NCBI GenBank assembly: GCA_009859145.1
Contig: VRVR01000026.1
Span: 157,849-218,140 of the forward strand
Direction of reading: 5' to 3'
DNA: 60,292 bases
DNA from: Andalucia godoyi And28
Taxonomy: Eukaryota; Protista; Jakobida
Shown here: positions 33,838-43,902 of the stretch, piece by piece
Layout of the letters: every line of letters begins with the position of its first letter
Numbering within the stretch: position 1 is the stretch's first letter
Notes under the pieces: model-generated
Told to the model about the DNA's origin: nothing
Database searches by the model: none
Seen by the model: only the letters and a program-made list of their open reading frames with translations
Program-made: the position numbers and the translations under genes

Positions 33838-34707
33838 ATGGCTGTCCGTTGCGTTGTCTCATCGAGGTTTGCAGCGTTTGTTGTGGCCGTTTCTCTTCTT
33901 CTCGTTCCCGAGTGCTCCGCGTACTGCGTTTACCAAGGCGGCTATGACAGGTTTGGCAATCCGGCCGCGGTTGTGACGAACGGGTCGCTCTTTGATCCTG
34001 CTCCGAATCTGCCTCTCATTTGTCCTCGGTTTGCAAGCGCAGAAAAGGTTTGCTGCAATGAAGCAGCTCTTCAGTCTCTTCAACAGGGAAAGGCGGCGTT
34101 TTCTGCCTTCTTCTCTGCTTGCCCTGCTTGTGTTGCCAATCTTCAGAGTGTTTGGTGCGCATTTGCTTGCCGGCCAGACCATGAATTGTACATGAAGATT
34201 CTAAAATTGGACCCGACGGACCCGAACCGCGTTGCAAATGTTGGATTCAACATTTCAATGCTGTTTTTAGATGGTGTGTACACGTCTTGCCAGGATGTTA
34301 CTGTGGAAGGCGGGTCGAAGTTCCCAGACATGTATGGTCACAACGCCCGAGAGTTCTTTGACATCATGCTTTCACTGTCTCATCAATTTGGTGGTGTGTT
34401 TGATGAGATGATTGCATACTATACGAATTCGACCGACGTGACAACAGTGTATGAAACAACAGATCTGTGCCAGGACACTTGCCCGGCATCCGTGTGCAGA
34501 GCAAAGGATTCGGGCCCCAAAGAGAGCCCTTTGAAGGATCTACTTGTTTTGGACAAGTACGACCCTGTGGATTTTGGTATTTCCATGGCCGGTGGGTTCT
34601 TTGGACTCGTCGCAGTCTCTTTGTTGATTGTGGGCTTCTTGAAATTTAAGCACGGAGAGTTTCACAAACCTTGCGACGAGGCGTTGCTGTCTGCAAAGAA
34701 TGACTGA
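33838..34707 (+). CDS. Stand-alone NPC1 N-terminal sterol-binding domain protein (signal peptide + NPC1_N + one TM, 289 aa)
   Basis: Signal peptide ending PECSA, then YCVYQG; Cys pattern ICP...VCC...FFSACPACVANL..VWCAFACRPD...YTSCQDV; single TM FGISMAGGFFGLVAVSLLIVGFL; short tail. Confidence 0.85.
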   Translation: MAVRCVVSSRFAAFVVAVSLLLVPECSAYCVYQGGYDRFGNPAAVVTNGSLFDPAPNLPLICPRFASAEKVCCNEAALQSLQQGKAAFSAFFSACPACVANLQSVWCAFACRPDHELYMKILKLDPTDPNRVANVGFNISMLFLDGVYTSCQDVTVEGGSKFPDMYGHNAREFFDIMLSLSHQFGGVFDEMIAYYTNSTDVTTVYETTDLCQDTCPASVCRAKDSGPKESPLKDLLVLDKYDPVDFGISMAGGFFGLVAVSLLIVGFLKFKHGEFHKPCDEALLSAKND

Positions 34708-34727
34708 GTTTTCTCACAGACTCTGTG

Positions 34728-36124
34728 CTACTTGTCGCCACGCGGAAGAATGTCCCATATCACCATCGAATAGTCTGATCCGGAGTCCATCATTCGGCCC
34801 TGTGGTGCATGCATTTGGGATTCGACATGAGCAAAGCGAACAAATAAGGATGCAGAAGAAAAAACGAAAATGCGACATACAATACTGTGGACGCTCCAGT
34901 CCATGGTTGTGACTGGCAATGTGTGATTGCGATAGGATGCAATCATTCTCTCCTCCTCTTCCGTCACACTCCAGATCTTGACTGTCGAATCTGTTGAAGA
35001 TGTTGCAACGAGACCCGGATCATGCGGGTTAAACCGAATTCGAGAAACGGAAAGTCCGTGTGCAGTAAAGTTCATTCGCGGTTCGGAAAGTTTGCGTAAA
35101 TCCCACACGCTCACATCCCCTGCTTCTGATGCGATCGCCAACAAATTCTCGTCATATGCACTGTCGCCGCCGCGTTGAAAGGAGAGTGTCAGTCAAAATT
35201 CCCACGAACATCATTTGTTTTGATGATTTTTTTTCTTTTTCATATTCTTTTTGTTTCCATTGTTGTTTTCCCCTCCCCCAACTTCTTTGTTGAAAGGGAG
35301 AAAAAAACAATGTATAAACAATTCAAAAAGAATACGTACTTGAATGCCATGCAGGAAAAGAACGAAGATGATTGCCTGCCTTCCAGTCTGTGTCGTATCA
35401 GCATTGTTGACGAATCCCACAATTCCACAACGTTGTTCCTAAACAGAAAGATTGTAAACATTTGCGTTGGCACCAAAACAAAAAGAAAAGAAGGGTGATA
35501 GAAAACGCACACGCACATACAATGGACAAACTGCAAAGAGTTTTGAGTTCTGATTGGCGTATGCAACTTGCACAACCGGAATCGCAAGCGGATGCATATG
35601 GGAAAATGCATGTTTGACATCATCTGCCCTCCACCGACAGAACGTCCCGTCCGCTGAACATGACAAAAATTCCAGCGGACGATGAGGACTCGAGTCAATA
35701 CACTCTATTCGCATCGCATGGAGCTTCCAAGACTCCTGCAGATGCGGCGTCGCAAGTGAATGATTCCATAATTTCATCGAAGAGTCTGTGTGGCCAGAAA
35801 CGAGAAGTGGTTCGCTGTGGCATTCGGTCAGACAAGAAACACCAGAATTCAGTTCCTGATGCCATTGTTCGTTCACCATCCCGCTACCATCAATACGATA
35901 CATGGACAGCTTTCCAAGACTGTAGTCAGTTTGAAATCGAAATTAGTAAACGTATGCGCAGAAACGAAATAAAAGGAAAAGGAAAAAAAAGAAAAAAAGA
36001 AGCCATGCAATTCCAAATCTCTCTGTTCGGAGCCCGCCGCCACGATCACAGCATCATCAAATTTCGAAAAGAACGCATCCGAAAAGATGATCGATGTTTC
36101 TATTCGGCAATGCGACTTTTGCAT
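34728..36124 (-). CDS. PEX7: PEX7-like WD40 protein (321 aa); exons 36124-36009, 35919-35521, 35438-35340, 35160-34881, 34799-34728
   Basis: WDLRKLSEPRMNFTAHGLSVSRIRFNPHDPGLVATSSTDSTVKIW...NHTLPVTTMDWS mirrors PEX7; N-terminal FSKFDDAVIVAA resembles the PEX7 FSP motif; four introns join in frame and the length matches PEX7. Confidence 0.68.
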
Positions 36125-36282
36125 TTCGACTGTCGAACGCAAAACAAAACAAACCAAAAAACCGGAGGAAAGGATGATGCTCGAAACGACGCGGTTGCCC
36201 AGGTTGTGGGCAAAAGAAGATGAGTGAAAAACAGAAAAGACAGCTGGCAGCTTTGTGCATCAACGTTGAACATCAAACAATA

Positions 36283-37165
36283 CGATGCTCCTTACCGTAG
36301 TCAAGTCGAGAATTTCTTTCATTCTTCACGTATTTTTTCTTTTTTTCCTTTTTTCTATTACTTTCTGTTCGTTTTTTTATAATCGAACCCTCAAGCAACA
36401 CCTTTCATCAAAGACAAAGCATCCCATGGCTCCAAAGAGGAATCTCCCCGACAAACTCAAACCGGCCATGCCTGAAGATGCTGAGAACCAAGAAGCCCGT
36501 TGATCCCCTCTCGTCAGAGGCGGAGAGGCAGAGCAATCTGCATGGAAGAGTTGGTGCACGCCCTCAATTAAAAACAAAAAAACATGTGGCTTGGATCTGT
36601 CTTCGGTCCCGATGACCAATAATGATGCATGTTTTGGCGAGCGGAGGAAGAGGCCCTTCCTATACATATCAAGACGTCGCTTTGAGTCACAGCGATTTCA
36701 CACAAAAAACAGAAGATCGCCCGATCCAATTCGTCATACTGAATTGTGTGCTGGGCCTTTTTCCCCATGTCCCGGGACTGCAGCGCAGTCCGGAATTCGC
36801 AACGTTGATGATGCATCGTCAGTGCATCGTCGGCGAGGGCTGTGGATGGTCAGGATACAATCGACTGTTGGCAACTTTTGAAACTGTTCTTATCATGTTT
36901 ATTCCATTTTCATCGCCTCCGTCCGGATATGGTTGAATAAAAAACATCTCCTCCTCTCTTCCACGACTTCGCGTTTTGCTTGTGCTAATATTTTCGTTTT
37001 GACTTGGTTATCGTCGTCGCACACAGTTTGGGATTTGTTGCGAGTCCAGGTCACTCACTCGTGACCCTTAGACGACTGTTGACGCGTAGGGGCAAACAAA
37101 AGCCCATGTCCTGCCAAGACAGGAGAATGTCGAAAGCTATCACGATTCCCGAATCACGTGAAAAA
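36283..37165 (+). mobile_element. Decayed Fanzor/TnpB-like element, copy 2, inverted relative to copy 1
   Basis: 36283-36620 aligns by eye to the reverse complement of 24023-23660; 36885-36964 aligns to about 23600-23478; residual motifs MAPKR (36426), IRN-VDD-AHRQ (36795), FETVLI (36877), LNKK (36933), ANIF (36984); 3' hairpins. The right boundary is approximate. Confidence 0.7.
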
Positions 37166-37500
37166 GGAGATCGACTTGCAAGCAGAAATCCTTGCAATTG
37201 CAACGAGGGAAAACAGGGAAGCAAAACAGAAAAAACCCCAACCAGGAAATGAGGACTGAGGACAGCGTCGATCGAGTCTGAAACATTTTTGATAGAGCAT
37301 CGAGCGCATACTGCATTTCCTCGTCTTCACACTCATATTGACACAATCCTAATAGTGCCTGGATCATCCTCAAAATACTGATTTTCTTTGTTGTCGTACT
37401 TGGTTGGACAAGGAGTTTGTCGTAGGCTGCTGCGGACTAGCACTGAACGTTGAAGACCCTTTTCGTTGAGACTGCAGTTTTTGTTTCGTCTTATTGATTC

Positions 37501-39777
37501 ATGGAACGCTTTGGACGAAGTAGGTCCCCTGGGGACGACTTTAACATTGAGCCTTGGTCCGATGACACGGCTGCAGATCAAGACCTTGCGGATCGACCAC
37601 AAGCCGTTATTCTGCTTTCCAAAATGGCGTCTGTGGAGATCTTCAACCGCTGCAGCTCGCCTGTTCCCCAGCCCATGTCCAGAAGGCCGCTCCCAGGGAA
37701 AATAGATGATCATGCTTTCGAAAAACTCGGAAAGGACGAAAATCGCTGGCAAGAACGCGGTGGATCTTCTGTGGAATCCCGTCAAAATCGGGATCCAGTT
37801 CCGCTTGGTAATTTGTCGCTGTCGTCGGTGATGAAGCATCGAAAACACTTGTCTCTCAACGTTGAATCAAACACTGCACCTTCTTCGTTGCTTGTTTCTG
37901 AAGATAGCGAAGTGCCAGCAGCTCCACTCGCTGATGCCGCAACGATGGGATCCCGCCCACGCGAAGTGCCGGCGTCCTTGTCTTCCTTTCCATCTGCGGG
38001 CGGGCTGTCAGAGAGTTTTGTGGACGGAAAGCAATTTGTCGATATTTCCAGTTCCGGCTCCGACCATCATCGTCAAGCGTTACCAATGAGTTTGAGTTGC
38101 TCGTCTTCTCCAATGTCCTTGTTCGCGGAAAAGTCTTTGCAGAAGCGAAGTTTGGATGTCTCGCAGTCAGGCGCTGCATTGTCAATTGAGCAATCCACCA
38201 TACAACAGCGGTCCGCCACTGTCGACAAGGTTCCTTTATCATGTTCTCGAAGTGCAAAACTCGATCACAGTTCTCACACGCCATCTCCCAAGACCCGAGA
38301 GAGTGGTGACGCAATTCCATCTCCAAAAGCTGTGCTACGGGAAGCCACTCTTGAGCCTCCACCGGCGAGCCCTGGAAGTACTCCTGGGAAGCCTTTGAGC
38401 CCATTCAAGTTTTCCATGCAGAATCATCAGCGTATGCGATCTCGGTCCATGGGTATGCCGCTCAACGCCCGGTTCAGAAATCCTGACCTTCAGCCCAATC
38501 GAGCCAGCGAGCAGGGTGTTGAGTCGACGCCGAACCCGACGGGGGCTAGCAAGTCCTCACTTTCCAGTCCCACGAATGTGGTTCGTGTCATTAGTACCAG
38601 CAGTAGTGGTGGTGCTGGTGGCGTGGGTAGTAATGGGGGTGTCTTGGTGGGTGGCCAGGTGGTTGCTGAGCCTGCTGCCGCAGTCGACAGTGATCGCAAT
38701 CGAATTGACTTTGAATCTCTGACCGTTCAAGATCGCATTGACTCGACATCTGTGATGGCACATACTCTTCGCCCTCCCCATCAGACGATTGCGTCTGCTC
38801 ATGTGCGAGGAGTCGGGTCCATAGTGTCCACATTGGATCACGAGGACATGGTGAATCGCATGTTTGGAACAACGTATTCGGCTGGAGTGTTGTCAAAAAA
38901 TGAGAAAAAACAGAAGAACGAACACAACGCCGTTCCAGGTCGAGTTGCAATTTTATCATCGTCAGCATTTCCTTTAAGTGAGTCTCATTCTGACCATTTT
39001 TGCAGCGCCGCGTCGGAGACTGCGAGCACTTGTTCTTTCCAAGGCCCGCGCCGACGGCATAACAGTGATGCAAGGGCAATCACGGGAGTCGGTACGCGAC
39101 AGAAGGTTGGGAAGTTCGCTTCTCAACGTAGTGCTACTCCGAATAGTGCACTGTTTCCAACACTTGCACCAATCAAGTCCAAGAGTCAAGAATCCTTTTA
39201 TTCTGCGCAATTTATGCCTTCGCAAGATCCTGCCGATTGGGAGAAGGATCTTGATGCCCTCCCGTACGATGCAGACATTGATCAGTATGGAGAGGATGAA
39301 ATGGAATTGCTCTCTTCGGGTTTATGGAAGAAGCCCTCTGATCCCACCAAGGATTCAAAGACTGCAAGAGGTGCGAACGAGTTATCGCAGACACGCACTT
39401 ATGTCGGACATACAAAGGATTCTTCTGGAAGCAAACTAGAGTGGGATCCGTTCAACTCTTTTGCATCTGGACGATCAGCGGGTTCTTTCAGAGTTCCGTC
39501 AGCGTCAGATCGATTTCGGCAGCGTCAGTTGGTTGCGGATAACAGCTTCAAGGTTCCCCCCAAACGGACGCTGGTGGGAGGCCCTGTAGTCTTACAAAGA
39601 GGGCGAAGTAGTACGTCCTTGGGGTTCCATTCAGAAAAGGGCCAGCAGCTTGCCATCGACGGTGTTCATAAGATGTCCTCTCGATGGCCTGCGGTGAACT
39701 CCAAACGTCGAGAAGCTGGTGCGCAGTCGAACAATTCTCGAAACACGGTTTATAACAATTTGGAAGATGAGGAGTGA
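37501..39777 (+). CDS. Hypothetical Ser/Pro/Arg-rich, largely disordered protein (758 aa)
   Basis: Long ATG-initiated ORF; no recognisable domain. Confidence 0.75.
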   Translation: MERFGRSRSPGDDFNIEPWSDDTAADQDLADRPQAVILLSKMASVEIFNRCSSPVPQPMSRRPLPGKIDDHAFEKLGKDENRWQERGGSSVESRQNRDPVPLGNLSLSSVMKHRKHLSLNVESNTAPSSLLVSEDSEVPAAPLADAATMGSRPREVPASLSSFPSAGGLSESFVDGKQFVDISSSGSDHHRQALPMSLSCSSSPMSLFAEKSLQKRSLDVSQSGAALSIEQSTIQQRSATVDKVPLSCSRSAKLDHSSHTPSPKTRESGDAIPSPKAVLREATLEPPPASPGSTPGKPLSPFKFSMQNHQRMRSRSMGMPLNARFRNPDLQPNRASEQGVESTPNPTGASKSSLSSPTNVVRVISTSSSGGAGGVGSNGGVLVGGQVVAEPAAAVDSDRNRIDFESLTVQDRIDSTSVMAHTLRPPHQTIASAHVRGVGSIVSTLDHEDMVNRMFGTTYSAGVLSKNEKKQKNEHNAVPGRVAILSSSAFPLSESHSDHFCSAASETASTCSFQGPRRRHNSDARAITGVGTRQKVGKFASQRSATPNSALFPTLAPIKSKSQESFYSAQFMPSQDPADWEKDLDALPYDADIDQYGEDEMELLSSGLWKKPSDPTKDSKTARGANELSQTRTYVGHTKDSSGSKLEWDPFNSFASGRSAGSFRVPSASDRFRQRQLVADNSFKVPPKRTLVGGPVVLQRGRSSTSLGFHSEKGQQLAIDGVHKMSSRWPAVNSKRREAGAQSNNSRNTVYNNLEDEE

Positions 39778-39886
39778 GAATTGTCTGTGATTCGCTAATT
39801 TATACTCGTAAATAGTTCAACAGTGGAATCGACTTGTGGAAAGTGTCGTAACAGGATTAATTACGATAAGGACCATGTTACCTGTG

Positions 39887-41128
39887 TCAACACGTCTTGT
39901 CCATGAGATCGAGCAAGTCGTCGTCGTCGTCACTGACGACAGACGCCTTCTCGCTTTTCTCGTCCAGACAAAGATGATGAACAATATTGTTGAAATATTC
40001 GTCCTTCTTGGAACGATCAATCACTACAACATCCGAGTTCGGCTTTGATGACTGTCCTGAAAGCACACTCGGATCCTCATCCACGGATTCACTGAAAAGG
40101 TTCAATCTAAAAGTATCTTCCTTTGGTTTCGCAACGATGAGACTCGACAGCAAATTCAAAGCAGCACTGGCATACGTCTTATTCTTCGTGCTCACGGGAG
40201 AAACAGGCATGGAGGAAGGGGTGGTCGATGGCGATATAGACTCTGAAGCCGCAGGAACCGTATGAACTGCGTCGTTGGCTGCTTTTGTTCTGCTTATGTA
40301 CATATTCAGCCCCAGTTTGGTCCTTGTCTGGGAATCTCGAAAGTACACCAGCTTGGAAGCGCCTGCTTCGCAGAGATCGCCAAAAGGGTGAGTAAACTTG
40401 AAAATTTGCGGAGAGGCGCCGATCTTCATAGATATGAATCCCACTTGTGTGCAGCCGAGAGGCAGTCTTCCTCTTGGAGCAATTACAAAAGATCCATCCT
40501 GATTTTGAAGAGCATCCTGCAAAAACAAGGACACTTTCACACGGCGGTCGGCGAAACAGTCCAAAAGATCCTGGCGAAGGAGGCAAAGCTGTGATATGGT
40601 AAGACGTGTGTATCGTGAAATAATGGTTTCCTTTGCAGCGCGGACAAGGGACACAGAAGAGGTAGATGCAATCATCGCTTCGATAGCATCCAGATGATTC
40701 ATCGTAACATCTAAAATCTCCACAGGATGCGGAACCGAAAGAAGCTGCTGTTTCACTCCCATAGTCATCAGATCAAACAATTTATCCATTGATGTTTTGG
40801 ATAGTCTCATAATGGAAGAGTGAGCCAGCCGATCAAAAATCTCACGTAAGGAGCTGTACGAGTATGCATCTTGTGGTTTCATCAGTTCCTCCACAAAAGA
40901 TGTTGCGAACATCGCTTTTGAGACATCTTCCAGCACTATGACATATTGAAATTCCAAAAACATATAAGAGCGCACTGGTTTTAATGATGCCTAGATGGAA
41001 ATAGAAACGGACATACCTCGCACTCCTTTTTCAGGCGAGATGTTCTGCGCAGTAAGACGCTGATGCAGCACATACAGCATCTCTCCTCCAAGATTGAAGA
41101 GCAGAATAGGCATCGTCGCCATTGACAT
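39887..41128 (-). CDS. OSCP1: OSCP1/NOR1 family protein (386 aa); exons 41128-41017 and 40935-39887
   Basis: MPILLFNLGGEMLYVLHQRLTAQNI and FDRLAHSSIMRLSKTSMDKLFDLMTMGVKQQ; intron 40936-41016 is GTATGT...TAG, phase 1. Confidence 0.93.
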
Positions 41129-41464
41129 TTTTGGATACTGAAAATGGAGATACTTTGAAAGGATTATCAGCGTTTTTTCCAAACTGAATATTTTTTACCA
41201 TTTTGCCAAACAAAAAAATGAGCACATCCTGCATATTGTATATTAACGGGTTCCCGAGTTTCCGACACACTTCCGTCCTCATACGACAGCAGCAACTTGA
41301 AATGCAATCCGCACTCCCAAGCGCATCGTGAGAAACTCAGGAGGATGCTTTCTCCGCCTGTTGCTGTTTTTTGTGTGGCTTGCAAAGATCACACTCTTTT
41401 TTCTTGTATTCTTCGCAGTGTGTATTTCGATTTTGCAAACAGTACAGAGACTTTTGTGTTTGAG

Positions 41465-42577
41465 ATGCAGCGAATCCGAATTGCGCACTTAAGTGATGTG
41501 CACGTATTGGATCTTACCGGAACGACGCTGTCTTCGCTCATGAACAAACGGATCACTGGATTAGCAAACATTTTCCTTCGTCGAGGTCCAGGTCGATATC
41601 CGCAGTCGAGATTTATCCGTGCTTTGGATATCTGTCTTGCAGAAAAAGTCGACCACGTGCTTCTTTCAGGCGATGTTTCCAATCTGGCACTTGCATCTGA
41701 ATTCAGTCGAGTCCACCAAATTCTCGAGGAGCAGTTCGAATCGAATCTTCCGTATGCTTTTGTGCGTGCTTTTCCTTTGCCAAATGCATTCATTACTCCT
41801 TGCGACGCTCACTCTTGCGCTTTCTTTCTTTTTTTCTTTTTTTTTTTTGATGAACCTAGAGATGCCATTCCTTCATGGACTAAGCTCTCAATTGTTCCGG
41901 GGAATCACGACGCGTACATTCCGGAGGCAAAGGCACTGCTCGGGTTCAAAAGCAGTCTTTCACGATTTATTGTTCCGGTAGATCACATCCATGCAGCGGA
42001 GTCTAATAGCCGTCCGCAGTTTCACTCCGTTGAGGATAACGCAACTGGAGCGCGTGTTTGTTTCTTTTCGGATGCGGATGGGCACTTTTTGTTCCCAGTC
42101 GTCAAAGAGATTCGAGATCGAAACCTCATGATTGTTTGTTTCAATACTGCTGTTCCGCGTCCACCATTCAGTGCAACTGGCAGAATATCGACGGGCCAAC
42201 GGGCCCGTTTGGAATATATTATGAATAACACAAATTGGCAGAATTCAGGTCTGTTCAAGGTGTGCATGCTGCATCATCCAGCTGTCGATCGATACCAAGA
42301 CAAACCGGACAAACGGCGGTCCCAAGCCCTCGAAGAAGACTCTCTGGAGTGGATACAATCCCGATGTGAAAAGTACCAAATCCAGCTTGCCTTGCATGGA
42401 CACACGCATGTTGCACAGTCGCATCTGATTCCGAACAGTGTTCCAACGCACGTTGTGGACTGTGGGTCGACTACACAATCTGGGGTGTTCAACATTTATG
42501 AAATAGATCACCGATTGCAGATGTCTATCAAGCGAATGAGTTGTGACGAATCTGGATTACGAAGTATCGGTTTTTAG
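41465..42577 (+). CDS. Calcineurin-like metallophosphoesterase (334 aa) with an in-frame 108-nt intron at 41752-41859
   Basis: Five metal motifs: HLSDVH, SGDVSN, PGNHD, LHHP, HGHTH; the T-rich in-frame insert has GTATGC...TAG ends. Confidence 0.9.
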   Translation: MQRIRIAHLSDVHVLDLTGTTLSSLMNKRITGLANIFLRRGPGRYPQSRFIRALDICLAEKVDHVLLSGDVSNLALASEFSRVHQILEEQFESNLPYAFVRAFPLPNAFITPCDAHSCAFFLFFFFFFDEPRDAIPSWTKLSIVPGNHDAYIPEAKALLGFKSSLSRFIVPVDHIHAAESNSRPQFHSVEDNATGARVCFFSDADGHFLFPVVKEIRDRNLMIVCFNTAVPRPPFSATGRISTGQRARLEYIMNNTNWQNSGLFKVCMLHHPAVDRYQDKPDKRRSQALEEDSLEWIQSRCEKYQIQLALHGHTHVAQSHLIPNSVPTHVVDCGSTTQSGVFNIYEIDHRLQMSIKRMSCDESGLRSIGF

Positions 42578-42624
42578 TCGAAATTATGTTGCTTTGTCTT
42601 TGTTGCATTCATGGTTGCATGAGC

Positions 42625-43083
42625 TTACATCTCATCTTTGAATTCACCTGCAAGAGGATCGTCTTGTATGCTACGTTCCATCTGCGCAATTTCCGCAGGA
42701 GTGCTTACACCAACGTCGTTCAACTGCTTCTCTTGGGTTTTCCAGATCTTCTCTTGCAATTCGCGAGGAAGCAAAGAAGAAAGCTCGGATGCCATTGTTT
42801 GAAATTCCATAGAATAAATATCAATAGAAGGATCGCCAGCAATGGCTTTCTGCATCATCGAGACCCACTCTGGATGCTCTTGGATCTTGGTGCGCAGTCT
42901 TTCTCGTTGCTGGGAATCCAGCGGATTCCGTTCCATCTTTTCCAGCTTGAATTTGCTGTTGGCGGTTTTCTTGTACTTGTTCTTCTTGCCGTATTGTTCT
43001 GTGCTTGCGCCATTCACGAAGCACAAAATCCATGAACAAACAAGAATTGCTGTAAGCAGCACGGCAATGTTAGACCGCCGCAT
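42625..43083 (-). CDS. Small secretory-pathway protein (152 aa) with a signal peptide and C-terminal KDEM
   Basis: Hydrophobic N-terminus NIAVLLTAILVCSWILCFVNG; helical charged body; ends FKDEM. Confidence 0.65.
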   Translation of the reverse strand: MRRSNIAVLLTAILVCSWILCFVNGASTEQYGKKNKYKKTANSKFKLEKMERNPLDSQQRERLRTKIQEHPEWVSMMQKAIAGDPSIDIYSMEFQTMASELSSLLPRELQEKIWKTQEKQLNDVGVSTPAEIAQMERSIQDDPLAGEFKDEM

Positions 43084-43362
43084 TATTCGCTCTCTCGACA
43101 ATGATTGTGCCTGGGTTTTCTCTTTCTTTGTTTTTTTTTCCTTAGAGATCGATTGTCTGAGAGATCCGAGGATTTTTTGTGGAAACCATTGACGGCGACC
43201 TCAACTGCATTGCGATGACTCAACTGCAAAGATTTCTCGGTTTTCTCAAATTTTCCCGATCGATGAAAAAAAAAAACGAAACATTCAAACCAGTCAACAC
43301 CGCATCTTCTGGCACCTCGAATGGATGCATCTTCTGACAAGGCAGGTTTCAAGGTATGACGT

Positions 43363-43902
43363 ATGGCAGAGACGTATCAAGAGAGCCGATTGTGGGAAAA
43401 TGACTCCTCCCTGATGATTGCCGCTTCACCGCGTGTGTATGACAGCCAGCGAATTCATCTGAAGCTAGCTGTGGGTTATAAACTTGCTTCCACTGTCCAC
43501 GGCCTTCCTTCTTTGGAGGCTCCATATTTTGAAGATTTTGACGACGACGAAATGAGAGACCTTGGTCGTGAGCCCGGTCGTGAAGACGACGCAGTGAGCG
43601 ATCCGGACATCCTAGGAACACGAACGATGCGTAGAAGACCTCTCTGGTGGGACCTTACCCCTGCAGAGTTTGATCGGCTGTCCGAAAATGAGCAGCGCGA
43701 GGTTTTGCGGGAAAGATATGTAAGAAGGAGAATACAGGAACTTCGGATGCGAAAGACGCGTCTTGCTCGAGAACCTCGACTTGAAGATGTTGGTCAACGG
43801 TTGTTGTCGCAGGTCGATCGGCTGGGGCTTGGTTGGGGAGGATTGTTTGGAGCAGTTGGTGTAGCTGCCGTGTCCTTTGCCCGGTTTTTCGGGTGGCCTT
43901 GA
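43363..43902 (+). CDS. Hypothetical tail-anchored membrane protein; 5' structure uncertain
   Basis: 179-aa ORF with a charged middle and a C-terminal TM LGLGWGGLFGAVGVAAVSFARFF. Confidence 0.55.
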   Translation: MAETYQESRLWENDSSLMIAASPRVYDSQRIHLKLAVGYKLASTVHGLPSLEAPYFEDFDDDEMRDLGREPGREDDAVSDPDILGTRTMRRRPLWWDLTPAEFDRLSENEQREVLRERYVRRRIQELRMRKTRLAREPRLEDVGQRLLSQVDRLGLGWGGLFGAVGVAAVSFARFFGWP

